From assembly GCF_009914755.1 (NCBI RefSeq), contig NC_060948.1: DNA of 64,000 nucleotides; one strand, given 5' to 3'. The notes beneath the pieces are model-generated. The model did not search any database, was not told the DNA's origin, and saw only the letters and a program-made list of their open reading frames with translations. Both the position numbers and the translations under genes were made by a program. The DNA is from the human T2T-CHM13v2.0 reference genome, Homo sapiens. Below, piece after piece: positions 42,101 to 57,100 of the stretch (positions are counted from its first letter, which is position 1; each line of letters starts with the position of its first letter).

Positions 42101-45100
42101 GGTGTCGAAAGGAATTGACTCCAATGGAATGGAATCGAATGGAATGGAAGTGAATAGAATCGAACTAAATCGAATGGAATGGAATTGATAGGAACGGAAT
42201 GGAAAGGAATGCAATGATTTGGCATGGAATGGAATCGAATGGCATCGAATGGAATGGAATGGAATGCAATGGAATGGAATGTATTAGAATGTAATGAACT
42301 TTAATGGAATGTACTCGAATGGATTCGACTGGAATGGAATGTTCTGGAAGTGAATGGACTCCAATGGAATGGATTCAAAAGGAATGGAATCGTACGGAAT
42401 GGAATCTAATGGAATGGAATTAAATGGAAATGAATCAAATTGAATAGCACGGAATTGAATTGAATGGAATGGAATGCAATGGAATCTAATGAAACGGAAA
42501 GGAAAGGAATGGAATGGAATGGAAAGGGCTGGAATGGAAAGGAATCGAAACGAATGGAATGGAATCGAACTGAAGAGACTGGAATGGAATGCACTGGAAT
42601 GGAAGGGAGTGTAATGGAAGGTTCTCGAAAAAAATGGAATCGAATGGAATGGAATTGAATGGAACGGAATAGAGTCGAATGGAATTGAATGGAATGGAAT
42701 GGACTAGAGTGAAATGGAATCGAACCACAAGGAATGGACAGGAATAGAATGGTCTCGAATTGAATGGAATCGTATGGAATGGCATCAAACGGAATGGAAT
42801 GGACAGCCACGGAATGGAATGCACTCGAATGCAATGGAGTCGAAACTAATGGACTGGAATAGAATGGACTCGACTGGTACGGACTCCAATGGAATGGAAT
42901 CGAATGGAAGGGAATCGAACGGAATGGACTCGAAGGGAAAAGACTGCAATGGAAAGGTCTCGAATGGAATGGAAATTAATGGAATGGAATGGAATCGAAT
43001 GAAATGGAGTCAAAAGGAATGGAATCGAATGGCAAGAAATCGAATGTAATGGAATCGCAAGGAATTGATGTGAACGGAACGGAATGGAATGGAATCCAAA
43101 GGAATGGAATAGAATGGAATGGAATCGAATGGAAAGGACTCGAATGGCAATCACTCGAATAGAATGCAATTTAATAAAATAGGATCAAATGTAATGGAAT
43201 GGAATGGAAAGGAATCGAAACGAAAGGAATGGAGACAGATGGAATGGAATGGAACAGAGAGCAATGGTATAGAATGGAATGGAATCATCTGGAATGGAAT
43301 TGAATGGAATGGAATAATATGAAATGGAATGGAATGGAATGGAATGGAATGGAATGGAATGGAATGGAATGCCCTTGAATTAAATGGACTGGAATGGAAT
43401 GGACTCGAACAGAGTGGAATGGAAAGTTTTGAGATAGAATGCAATGGACTCCTTCGGAATGGTCTAGTATGCAATGCAATCGACTGGCAGGGAATCAAAA
43501 GGAATGTAATCGAATGGATTGGACTGGAATGCAGTGGACTCGAATAGATTGGAAACGGAATGCAAAGGAATGGAATGGAATAGTATGGAATGGAATGGAA
43601 AGGAATGGAGTGGAATAGACTAGAGTGGAATGGAATGGACTGGAAAGCAATGGACTGGAATGGAACTTTCTTGAATGGACTGGAATCAAACGGAATGGAA
43701 TGCAATGCAATCAAATGGCATGGAATAAAATAGAATGAAAGAGAATCAAATGGAATTGAATCGAATGGAATCGAATGGATTGGAAAGGAATAGAATGGAA
43801 TGGAATGGAATTGACTCAAATGGAATGGACTAGAATGGAATGGATTCGAATGGAAGGCAAAGGAATGGAATCTATTGGAATGGACTGTAATGGAATGGAA
43901 TGGAAGGGATTGGAATGGACTCGAATGGAATGGACTGCAATAGAAAGGATTCGAATGGAATGAAAAAGAATTGAATGGAATAGAACAGAATGGAATCAAA
44001 TCGAATGAAATGGAATGGAATAGAAAGGAATGGAATGAAATGGAATGGAAAGGATTCGAATGGAATGCAATCGAATGGAATGGAATCGAACGGAATGGAA
44101 TAAAATGGAAGAAAACTGGCAAGAAATGGAATCGAAATGAATGGAGTGTTATGGAACGGACTCAAAAGGAATTGAATGTAATAGAATGGAGTGGAGTGGA
44201 CTCGAATATAATGGACTGGAATGGAATGAAATCACATGGAATGGGAACGAATGGAATGGAATGGAAAGGAATGGAATCGAATGGAAAGGAATCGAATGGA
44301 AGGGAATGAAATTGAATCAACAGGAATGGAAGGGAATAGAATAGACGGTAATGGAATGGACTCGAATAGAATGGACACGAATGCTCAAATTGAATGGACT
44401 CCAATGGAATGGAAACGAAAGGAATGTCATCGAATAGAATTGAATCGATTGGAATGAAATCGCAAGAATGGAGTGGAATCAAATGGAATTGAATCGAAAG
44501 GAAAGGAAGCGAATGGACTGAAATGAAATGGAATGGAATTGAATGGAAAGTAATGCAATGGAATAGAATGGAACGAAATTTCACGGAATGGAATCAAACT
44601 GAAAGGAATCAAATCAATGGAATCTAATCAAATGGAATGGAAGGGAATTGAATGGAGTAGATTGGATTGGATGGGATTGGAGTGAAATGTACTGGAAAGG
44701 ACTCGAATTTCATGAAACGGAATGGAATGAATTGGAACGGAATGGACTCGAATGGAATGGAATGTCATGGAATGGCATCAAATGGAATGGCATCAAATGG
44801 AATGGAATCGAATGCAATGGAATGCTATGGAATGGAATGGAATGCATTGGAATGGAATGTCCTCTAATGGAATGGATTCGAGTGGAATGGAATCGAATAT
44901 AATGGAGTCGAATGAAATGGAATTGAAAGGAGTGGGATCGAATACAATGGAATATGCTGGAATGTAATGTAATGAACTCGAATGTAATTGACTGGAATGG
45001 AATGTACATGAATGGAATGTAATCGAATGGAAAGTAATCCAATGGAATAGAATCTAATGCAATAAAATCGACTCAGATAGAGTAGAATGTAATGGAATGG

Positions 45101-48100
45101 AGTGCAGTACAATGGAATGGAATGGAATGCAATGGAATGGAATGGAATGGAATGGAATGGAATGGAATGGGATGGAATGGGATGGAATGGTATGGAATGG
45201 ATAGTAATGGACTGGAGTGAAATGGACTGGAAAGGAATGGACTCAAATTGAAAGGGCTCGAAAGGAATGGAGTCAAATGGAATGGTCTGGAATGGAATGA
45301 ACACGAATGTAATGCAATCCAATAGAATGGAATCGAATGGCATGGAATATAAAGAAATGGAATCGAAGAGAATGGAAACAAATGGAATGGAATTGAATGG
45401 AATGGAATTGAATGGAATGCGAACGAATGGAGTGAAATTGTATGCAGTAGAAGGGAATAGAATGGAATGCAAGCGAAAGGAAAGGAATGGATTGGAATGG
45501 AATGGAATTCATTGGAATGGAAGGGAATGTAGTGTAGTGGACAGGCCTGGAATAAAGTGGAATGCTACGGTCTCGAATGGAATAAAAATGTATGGAATGG
45601 AATGCAATGAAACGGAATCGAATGTCATAGAATGTAATGGAATGCAAAAAAATGGAATCCAAAATCATTGACTGGAAAGGCTGGGTGTCGAAAGGAATTG
45701 ACTCCAATGGAATGGAATCGAATGGAATGGAAGTGAATAGAATCGAACTAAATCGAATGGAATGGAATTGATAGGAACGGAATGGAAAGGAATGCAATGA
45801 ATTGGCATGGAATGGAATCGAATGGCATCGAATGGAATGGAATGGAATGCAATGGAATGGAATGTATTAGAATGTAATGAACTTTAATGGAATGTACTCG
45901 AATGGATTCGACTGGAATGGAATGTTCTGGAAGTGAATGGACTCCAATGGAATGGATTCAAAAGGAATGGAATCGTACGGAATGGAATCTAATGGAATGG
46001 AATTAAATGGAAATGAATCAAATTGAATAGCACGGAATTGAATTGAATGGAATGGAATGCAATGGAATCTAATGAAACGGAAAGGAAAGGAATGGAATGG
46101 AATGGAATGGGCTGGAATGGAAAGGAATCGAAACGAATGGAATGGAATCGAACTGAAGAGACTGGAATGGAATGCACTGGAATGGAAGAGAGTGTAATGG
46201 AAGGTTCTCGAAAAAAATGGAATCGAATGGAATGGAATTGAATGGAACGGAATAGAGTCGAATGGAATTGAATGGAATGGAATGGACTAGAGTGAAATGG
46301 AATCGAACCACAAGGAATGGACAGGAATAGAATGGTCTCGAATTGAATGGAATCGTATGGAATGGCATCAAACGGAATGGAATGGACAGCCACGGAATGG
46401 AATGCACTCGAATGCAATGGAGTCGAAACTAATGGACTGGAATAGAATGGACTCGACTGGTACGGACTCCAATGGAATGGAATCGAATGGAAGGGAATCG
46501 AACGGAATGGACTCGAAGGGAAAAGACTGCAATGGAAAGGTCTCGAATGGAATGGAAATTAATGGAATGGAATGGAATCGAATGAAATGGAGTCAAAAGG
46601 AATGGAATCGAATGGCAAGAAATCGAATGTAATGGAATCACAAGGAATTGATGTGAACGGAACGGAATGGAATGGAATCCAAAGGAATGGAATAGAATGG
46701 AATGGAATCGAATGGAAAGGACTCGAATGGAAATCACTCGAATAGAATGCAATTTAATAAAATAGGATCAAATGTAATGGAATGGAATGGAAAGGAATCG
46801 AAACGAAAGGAATGGAGACAGATGGAATGGAATGGAACAGAGAGCAATGGTATAGAATGGAATGGAATCATCTGGAATGGAATTGAATGGAATGGAATAA
46901 TATGAAATGGAATGGAATGGAATGGAATGGAATGCCCTTGAATTAAATGGACTGGAATGGAATGGACTCGAACAGAGTGGAATGGAAAGTGTTGAGATAG
47001 AATGGAATGGACTCCTTTGGAATGGTGTAGTATGCAATGCAATCGACTGGCAGGGAATCAAAAGGAATGTAATGGAATGGATTGGACTGGAATGCAATGG
47101 ACTCGAATAGATTGGAAACGGAATGCAAAGGAATGGAATGGAATAGTATGGAATGGAATGGAAAGGAATGGAGTGGAATAGACTAGAGTGGAATGGAATG
47201 GACTGGAAAGCAATGGACTGGAATGGAACTTTCTTGAATGGACTGGAATCAAACGGAATGGAATGCAATGCAATCAAATGGCATGGAATAAAATAGAATG
47301 AAAGAGAATCAAATGGAATTGAATCGAATGGAATCGAATGGATTGGAAAGGAATAGAATGGAATGGAATGGAATGGACTAGAATGGAATGGATTCGAATG
47401 GAAGGCAAAGGAATGGAATCTATTGGAATGGACTGTAATGGAATGGAATGGAAGGGATTGGAATGGACTCGAATGGAATGGACTGCAATAGAAAGGATTC
47501 GAATGGAATGAAAAAGAATTGAATGGAATAGAACAGAATGGAATCAAATCGAATGAAATGGAATGGAATAGAAAGGAATGGAATGAAATGGAATGGAAAG
47601 GATTCGAATGGAATGCAATCGAATGGAATGGAATCGAACGGAATGGAATAAAATGGAAGAAAACTGGCAAGAAATGGAATCGAAATGAATGGAGTGTTAT
47701 GGAACGGACTCAAAAGGAATTGAATGTAATAGAATGGAGTGGAGTGGACTCGAATATAATGGACTGGAATGGAATGAAATCACAAGGAATGGGAACGAAT
47801 GGAATGGAATGGAAAGGAATGGAATCGAATGGAAAGGAATCGAATGGAAGGGAATGAAATTGAATCAACAGGAATGGAAGGGAATAGAATAGACGGTAAT
47901 GGAATGGACTCGAATAGAATGGACACGAATGCTCAAATTGAATGGACTCGAATGGAATGGAAACGAAAGGAATGTCATCGAATGGAATTGAATGGATTGG
48001 AATGAAATCGCATAGAATGGAGTGGAATCAAATGGAATTGAATCGAAAGGAAAGGAAGCGAATGGACTGAAATGAAATGGAATGGAATTGAATGGAAAGT

Positions 48101-51100
48101 AATGCAATGGAATAGAATGGAACGAAATTTCACGGAATGGAATCAAACTGAATGGAATCAAATCAATGGAATCAAATCAAATGGAATGGAAAGGAATTGA
48201 ATGGAGTAGATTGGATTGGATGGGATTGGAATGAAATGTACTGGAAAGGACTCGAATTTCATGAAACGGAATGGAATGAATTGGAACGGAATGGACTCGA
48301 ATGGAATGGAATGTCATGGAATGGCATCAAATGGAATGGCATCAAATGGAATGGAATCGAATGCAATGGAATGCTATGGAATGGAATGGAATGCATTGGA
48401 ATGGAATGTCCTCTAATGGAATGGATTCGAGTGGAATGGAATCGAATATAATGGAGTCGAATGAAATGGAATTGAAAGGAATGGGATCGAATACAATGGA
48501 ATATACTGGAATGTAATGTAATGAACTCGAATGTAATTGACTGGAATGGAATGTACATGAATGGAATGTAATCGAATGGAAAGTAATCCAATGGAATTGA
48601 ATCTAATGCAATAAAATCGACTCAGATAGAGTAGAATGTAATGGAATGGAGTGCAGTGCAATGGAATGGAATGGAATGGAATGCAATGGAATGGAATGGA
48701 ATGGAATGGAATGGAATGGGATGGAATGGGATGGAATGGTATGGAATGGATAGTAATGGACTGGAGTGAAATGGACTGGAAAGGAATGGACTCAAATTGA
48801 AAGGGCTCGAAAGGAATGGAGTCAAATGGAATGGTCTGGAATGGAATGAACACGAATGTAATGCAATCCAATAGAATGGAATCGAATGGCATGGAATATA
48901 AAGAAATGGAATCGAAGAGAATGGAAACAAATGGAATGGAATTGAATGGAATGGAATTGAATGGAATGGGAACGAATGGAGTGAAATTGTATGCAGTAGA
49001 AGGGAATAGAATGGAATGCAAGCGAAAGGAAAGGAATGGATTGGAATGGAATGGAATTCATTGGAATGGAAGGGAATGTAGTGTAATGGACAGGCCAGGA
49101 ATAAAGTGGAATGCTACGGTCTCGAATGGAATAAAAATATATGGAATGGAATGCAATGAAACGGAATCGAATGTCATAGAATGTAATGGAATGCAAAAAA
49201 ATGGAATCCAAAATCATTGACTGGAAAGGCTGGGTGTCGAAAGGAATTGACTCCAATGGAATGGAATCGAATGGAATGGAAGTGAATAGAATCGAACTAA
49301 ATCGAATGGAATGGAATTGATAGGAACGGAATGGAAAGGAATGCAATGATTTGGCACGGAATGGAATCGAATGGCATCGAATGGAATGGAATGGAATGCA
49401 ATGGAATGGAATGCATTAGAATGTAATGAACTTTAATGGAATGTACTCGAATGGATTCGACTGGAATGGAATGTTCTGGAAGTGAATGGACTCCAATGGA
49501 ATGGATTCAAAAGGAATGGAATCGTACGGAATGGAATCTAATGGAATGGAATTAAATGGAAATGAATCAAATTGAATAGCACGGAATTGAATTGAATGGA
49601 ATGGAATGCAATGGAATCTAATGAAACGGAAAGGAAAGGAATGGAATGGAATGGAATGGGCTGGAATGGAAAGGAATCGAAACGAATGGAATGGAATCGA
49701 ACTGAAGAGACTGGAATGGAATGCACTGGAATGGAAGGGAGTGTAATGGAAGGTTCTCGAAAAAAATGGAATCGAATGGAATGGAATTGAATGGAACGGA
49801 ATAGAGTCGAATGGAATTGAATGGAATGGAATGGACTAGAGTGAAATGGAATCGAACCACAAGGAATGGACAGGAATAGAATGGTCTCGAATTGAATGGA
49901 ATCGTATGGAATGGCATCAAACGGAATGGAATGGACAGCCACGGAATGGAATGCACTCGAATGCAATGGAGTCGAAACTAATGGACTGGAATAGAATGGA
50001 CTCGACTGGTACGGACTCCAATGGAATGGAATCGAATGGAAGGGAATCGAACGGAATGGACTCGAAGGGAAAAGACTGCAATGGAAAGGTCTCGAATGGA
50101 ATGGAAATTAATGGAATGGAATGGAATCGAATGAAATGGAGTCAAAAGGAATGGAATCGAATGGCAAGAAATCGAATGTAATGGAATCGCAAGGAATTGA
50201 TGTGAGCGGAACGGAATGGAATGGAATCCAAAGGAATGGAATAGAATGGAATGGAATCGAATGGAAAGGACTTGAATGGAAATCACTCGAATAGAATGCA
50301 ATTTAATAAAATAGGATCAAATGTAATGGAATGGAATGGAAAGGAATCGAAACGAAAGGAATGGAGACAAATGGAATGGAATGGAACAGAGAGCAATGGT
50401 ATAGAATGGAATGGAATCATCTGGAATGGAATTGAATGGAATGGAATAATATGAAATGGAATGGAATGGAATGGAATGGAATGCCCTTGAATTAAATGGA
50501 CTGGAATGGAATGGACTCGAACAGAGTGGAATGGAAAGTGTTGAGATACAATGGAATGGACTCCTTTGGAATGGTGTAGTATGCAATGCAATCGACTGGC
50601 AGGGAATCAAAAGGAATGTAATGGAAGGGATTGGACTGGAATGCAATGGACTCGAATAGATTGGAAACGGAATGCAAAGGAATGGAATGGAATAGTATGG
50701 AATGGAATGGAAAGGAATGGAGTGGAATAGACTAGAGTGGAATGGAATGGACTGGAAAGCAATGGACTGGAATGGAACTTTCTTGAATGGACTGGAATCA
50801 AACGGAATGGAATGCAATGCAATCAAATGGCATGGAATAAAATAGAATGAAAGAGAATCAAATGGAATTGAATCGAATGGAATCGAATGGATTGGAAAGG
50901 AATAGAATGGAATGGAATGGAATTGACTCGAATGGAATGGACTAGAATGGAATGGATTCGAATGGAAGGCAAAGGAATGGAATCTATTGGAATGGACTGT
51001 AATGGAATGGAATGGAAGGGATTGGAATGGACTCGAATGGAATGGACTGCAATAGAAAGGATTCGAATGGAATGAAAAAGAATTGAATGGAATAGAACAG

Positions 51101-54100
51101 AATGGAATCAAATCGAATGAAATGGAATGGAATAGAAAGGAATGGAAGGAAATGGAATGGAAAGGATTCGAATGGAATGCAATCGAATGGAATGGAATCG
51201 AACGGAATGGAATAAAATGGAAGAAAACTGGCAAGAAATGGAATCGAAATGAATGGAGTGTTATGGAACGGACTCAAAAGGAATTGAATGTAATAGAATG
51301 GAGTGGAGTGGACTCGAATATAATGGACTGGAATGGAATGAAATCACATGGAATGGGAACGAATGGAATGGAATGGAAAGGAATGGAATCGAATGGAAAG
51401 GAATCGAATGGAAGGGAATGAAATTGAATCAACAGGAATGGAAGGGAATAGAATAGACGGTAATGGAATGGACTCGAATAGAATGGACACGAATGCTCAA
51501 ATTGAATGGACTCCAATGGAATGGAAACGAAAGGAATGTCATCGAATAGAATTGAATCGACTGGAATGAAATCGCAAGAATGGAGTGGAATCAAATGGAA
51601 TTGAATCGAAAGGAAAGGAAGCGAATGGACTGAAATGAAATGGAATGGAATTGAATGGAAAGTAATGCAATGGAATAGAATGGAACGAAATTTCACGGAA
51701 TGGAATCAAACTGAAAGGAATCAAATCAATGGAATCTAATCAAATGGAATGGAAGGGAATTGAATGGAGTAGATTGGATTGGATGGGATTGGAGTGAAAT
51801 GTACTGGAAAGGACTCGAATTTCATGAAACGGAATGGAATGAATTGGAACGGAATGGACTCGAATGGAATGGAATGTCATGGAATGGCATCAAATGGAAT
51901 GGCATCAAATGGAATGGAATCGAATGCAATGGAATGCTATGGAATGGAATGGAATGCATTGGAATGGAATGTCCTCTAATGGAATGGATTCGAGTGGAAT
52001 GGAATCGAATATAATGGAGTCGAATGAAATGGAATTGAAAGGAATGGGATCGAATACAATGGAATATGCTGGAATGTAATGTAATGAACTCGAATGTAAT
52101 TGACTGGAATGGAATGTACATGAATGGAATGTAATCGAATGGAAAGTAATCCAATGGAATAGAATCTAATGCAATAAAATCGACTCAGATAGAGTAGAAT
52201 GTAATGGAATGGAGTGCAGTACAATGGAATGGAATGGAATGCAATGGAATGGAATGGAATGGAATGGAATGGAATGGAATGGAATGGGATGGAATGGGAT
52301 GGAATGGTATGGAGTGGATAGTAATGGACTGGAGTGAAATGGACTGGAAAGGAATGGACTCAAATTGAAAGGGCTCGAAAGGAATGGAGTCAAATGGAAT
52401 GGTCTGGAATGGAATGAACACGAATGTAATGCAATCCAATAGAATGGAATCGAATGGCATGGAATATAAAGAAATGGAATCGAAGAGAATGGAAACAAAT
52501 GGAATGGAATTGAATGGAATGGAATTGAATGGAATGGGAACGAATGGAGTGAAATTGTATGCAGTAGAAGGGAATAGAATGGAATGCAAGCGAAAGGAAA
52601 GGAATGGATTGGAATGGAATGGAATTCATTGGAATGGAAGGGAATGTAGTGTAATGGACAGGCCTGGAATAAAGTGGAATGCTACGGTCTCGAATGGAAT
52701 AAAAATGTATGGAATGGAATGCAATGAAACGGAATCGAATGTCATAGAATGTAATGGAATGCAAAAAAATGGAATCCAAAATCATTGACTGGAAAGGCTG
52801 GGTGTCGAAAGGAATTGACTCCAATGATATGGAATCGAATGGAATGGAAGTGAATAGAATCGAACTAAATCGAATGGAATGGAATTGATAGGAACGGAAG
52901 GGAAAGGAATGCAATGAATTGGCATGGAATGGAATCGAATGGCATCGAATGGAATGGAATGGAATGCAATGGAATGGAATGTATTAGAATGTAATGAACT
53001 TTAATGGAATGTACTCGAATGGATTCGACTGGAATGGAATGTTCTGGAAGTGAATGGACTCCAATGGAATGGATTCAAAAGGAATGGAATCGTACGGAAT
53101 GGAATCTAATGGAATGGAATTAAATGGAAATGAATCAAATTGAATAGCACGGAATTGAATTGAATGGAATGGAATGCAATGGAATCTAATGAAACGGAAA
53201 GGAAAGGAATGGAATGGAATGGAAAGGGCTGGAATGGAAAGGAATCGAAACGAATGAAATGGAATCGAACTGAAGAGACTGGAATGGAATGCACTGGAAT
53301 GGAAGGGAGTGTAATGGAAGGTTCTCGAAAAAAATGGAATCGAATGGAATGGAATTGAATGGAACGGAATAGAGTCGAATGGAATTGAATGGAATGGAAT
53401 GGACTAGAGTGAAATGGAATCGAACCACAAGGAATGGACAGGAATAGAATGGTCTCGAATTGAATGGAATCGTATGGAATGGCATCAAACGGAATGGAAT
53501 GGACAGCCACGGAATGGAATGCACTCGAATGCAATGGAGTCGAAACTAATGGACTGGAATAGAATGGACTCGACTGGTACGGACTCCAATGGAATGGAAT
53601 CGAATGGAAGGGAATCGAACGGAATGGACTCGAAGGGAAAAGACTGCAATGGAAAGGTCTCGAATGGAATGGAAATTAATGGAATGGAATGGAATCGAAT
53701 GAAATGGAGTCAAAAGGAATGGAATCGAATGGCAAGAAATCGAATGTAATGGAATCGCAAGGAATTGATGTGAATGGAGCGGAATGGAATGGAATCCAAA
53801 GGAATGGAATCGAATGGAAAGGACTCGAATGGAAATCACTCGAATAGAATGCAATTTAATAAAATAGGATCAAATGTAATGGAATGGAATGGAAAGGAAT
53901 CGAAACGAAAGGAATGGAGACAGATGGAATGGAATGGAACAGAGAGCAATGGTATAGAATGGAATGGAATCATCTGGAATGGAATTGAATGGAATGGAAT
54001 AATATGAAATGGAATGGAATGGAATGGAATGGAATGCCCTTGAATTAAATGGACTGGAATGGAATGGACTCGAACAGAGTGGAATGGAAAGTGTTGAGAT

Positions 54101-57100
54101 AGAATGGAATGGACTCCTTTGGAATGGTGTAGTATGCAATGCAATCGACTGGCAGGGAATCAAAAGGAATGTAATGGAATGGATTGGACTGGAATGCAAT
54201 GGACTCGAATAGATTGGAAACGGAATGCAAAGGAATGGAATGGAATAGTATGGAATGGAATGGAAAGGAATGGAGTGGAATAGACTAGAGTGGAATGGAA
54301 TGGACTGGAAAGCAATGGACTGGAATGGAACTTTCTTGAATGGACTGGAATCAAACGGAATGGAATGCAATGCAATCAAATGGCATGGAATAAAATAGAA
54401 TGAAAGAGAATCAAATGGAATTGAATCGAATGGAATCGAATGGATTGGAAAGGAATAGAATGGAATGGAATGGAATTGACTCGAATGGAATGGACTAGAA
54501 TGGAATGGATTCGAATGGAAGGCAAAGGAATGGAATCTATTGGAATGGACTGTAATGGAATGGAATGGAAAGGATTGGAATGGACTCGAATGGAATGGAC
54601 TGCAATAGAAAGGATTCGAATGGAATGAAAAAGAATTGAATGGAATAGAACAGAATGGAATCAAATCGAATGAAATGGAATGGAATAGAAAGGAATGGAA
54701 TGAAATGGAATGGAAAGGATTCGAATGGAATGCAATCGAATGGAATGGAATCGAACGGAATGGAATAAAATGGAAGAAAACTGGCAAGAAATGGAATCGA
54801 AATGAATGGAGTGTTATGGAACGGACTCAAAAGGAATTGAATGTAATAGAATGGAGTGGAGTGGACTCGAATATAATGGAATGGAATGGAATGAAATCAC
54901 AAGGAATGGGAACGAATGGAATGGAATGGAAAGGAATGGAATCGAATGGAAAGGAATCGAATGGAAGGGAATGAAATTGAATCAACAGGAATGGAAGGGA
55001 ATAGAATAGACGGTAATGGAATGGACTCGAATAGAATGGACACGAATGCTCAAATTGAATGGACTCGAATGGAATGGAAACGAAAGGAATGTCATCGAAT
55101 GGAATTGAATGGATTGGAATGAAATCGCATAGAATGGAGTGGAATCAAATGGAATTGAATCGAAAGGAAAGGAAGCGAATGGACTGAAATGAAATGGAAT
55201 GGAATTGAATGGAAAGTAATGCAATGGAATAGAATGGAACGAAATTTCACGGAATGGAATCAAACTGAATGGAATCAAATCAATGGAATCAAATCAAATG
55301 GAATGGAAAGGAATTGAATGGAGTAGATTGGATTGGATGGGATTGGAATGAAATGTACTGGAAAGGACTCGAATTTCATGAAACGGAATGGAATGAATTG
55401 GAACGGAATGGACTCGAATGGAATGGAATGTCATGGAATGGCATCAAATGGAATGGCATCAAATGGAATGGAATCGAATGCAATGGAATGCTATGGAATG
55501 GAATGGAATGCATTGGAATGGAATGTCCTCTAATGGAATGGATTCGAGTGGAATGGAATCGAATATAATGGAGTCGAATGAAATGGAATTGAAAGGAGTG
55601 GGATCGAATACAATGGAATATACTGGAATGTAATGTAATGAACTCGAATGTAATTGACTGGAATGGAATGTACATGAATGGAATGTAATCGAATGGAAAG
55701 TAATCCAATGGAATAGAATCTAATGCAATAAAACCGACTCAGATAGAGTAGAATGTAATGGAATGGAGTGCAGTGCAATGGAATGGAATGGAATGGAAGG
55801 CAATGGAATGGAATGGAATGGAATGGAATGGAATGGAATGGAATGGGATGGAATGGGATGGAATGGATAGTAATGGACTGGAGTGAAATGGACTGGAAAG
55901 GAATGGACTCAAATTGAAAGGGCTCGAAAGGAATGGAGTCAAATGGAATGGTCTGGAATGGAATGAACACGAATGTAATGCAATCCAATAGAATGGAATC
56001 GAATGGCATGGAATATAAAGAAATGGAATCGAAGAGAATGGAAACAAATGGAATGGAATTGAATGGAATGGAATTGAATGGAATGGGAACGAATGGAGTG
56101 AAATTGTATGCAGTAGAAGGGAATAGAATGGAATGCAAGCGAAAGGAAAGGAATGGATTGGAATGGAATGGAATTCATTGGAATGGAAGGGAATGTAGTG
56201 TAATGGACAGGCCTGGAATAAAGTGGAATGCTACGGTCTCGAATGGAATAAAAATGTATGGAATGGAATGCAATGAAACGGAATCGAATGTCATAGAATG
56301 TAATGGAATGCAAAAAAATGGAATCCAAAATCATTGACTGGAAAGGCTGGGTGTCGAAAGGAATTGACTCCAATGGAATGGAATCGAATGGAATGGAAGT
56401 GAATAGAATCGAACTAAATCGAATGGAATGGAATTGATAGGAACGGAATGGAAAGGAATGCAATGATTTGGCATGGAATGGAATCGAATGGCATCGAATG
56501 GAATGGAATGGAATGCAATGGAATGGAATGTATTAGAATGTAATGAACTTTAATGGAATGTACTCGAATGGATTCGACTGGAATGGAATGTTCTGGAAGT
56601 GAATGGACTCCAATGGAATGGATTCAAAAGGAATGGAATCGTACGGAATGGAATCTAATGGAATGGAATTAAATGGAAATGAATCAAATTGAATAGCACG
56701 GAATTGAATTGAATGGAATGGAATGTAATGGAATCTAATGAAACGGAAAGGAAAGGAATGGAATGGAATGGAAAGGGCTGGAATGGAAAGGAATCGAAAC
56801 GAATGGAATGGAATCGAACTGAAGAGACTGGAATGGAATGCACTGGAATGGAAGGGAGTGTAATGGAAGGTTCTCGAAAAAAATGGAATCGAATGGAATG
56901 GAATTGAATGGAACGGAATAGAGTCGAATGGAATTGAATGGAATGGAATGGACTAGAGTGAAATGGAATCGAACCACAAGGAATGGACAGGAATAGAATG
57001 GTCTCGAATTGAATGGAATCGTATGGAATGGCATCAAACGGAATGGAATGGACAGCCACGGAATGGAATGCACTCGAATGCAATGGAGTCGAAACGTCGA

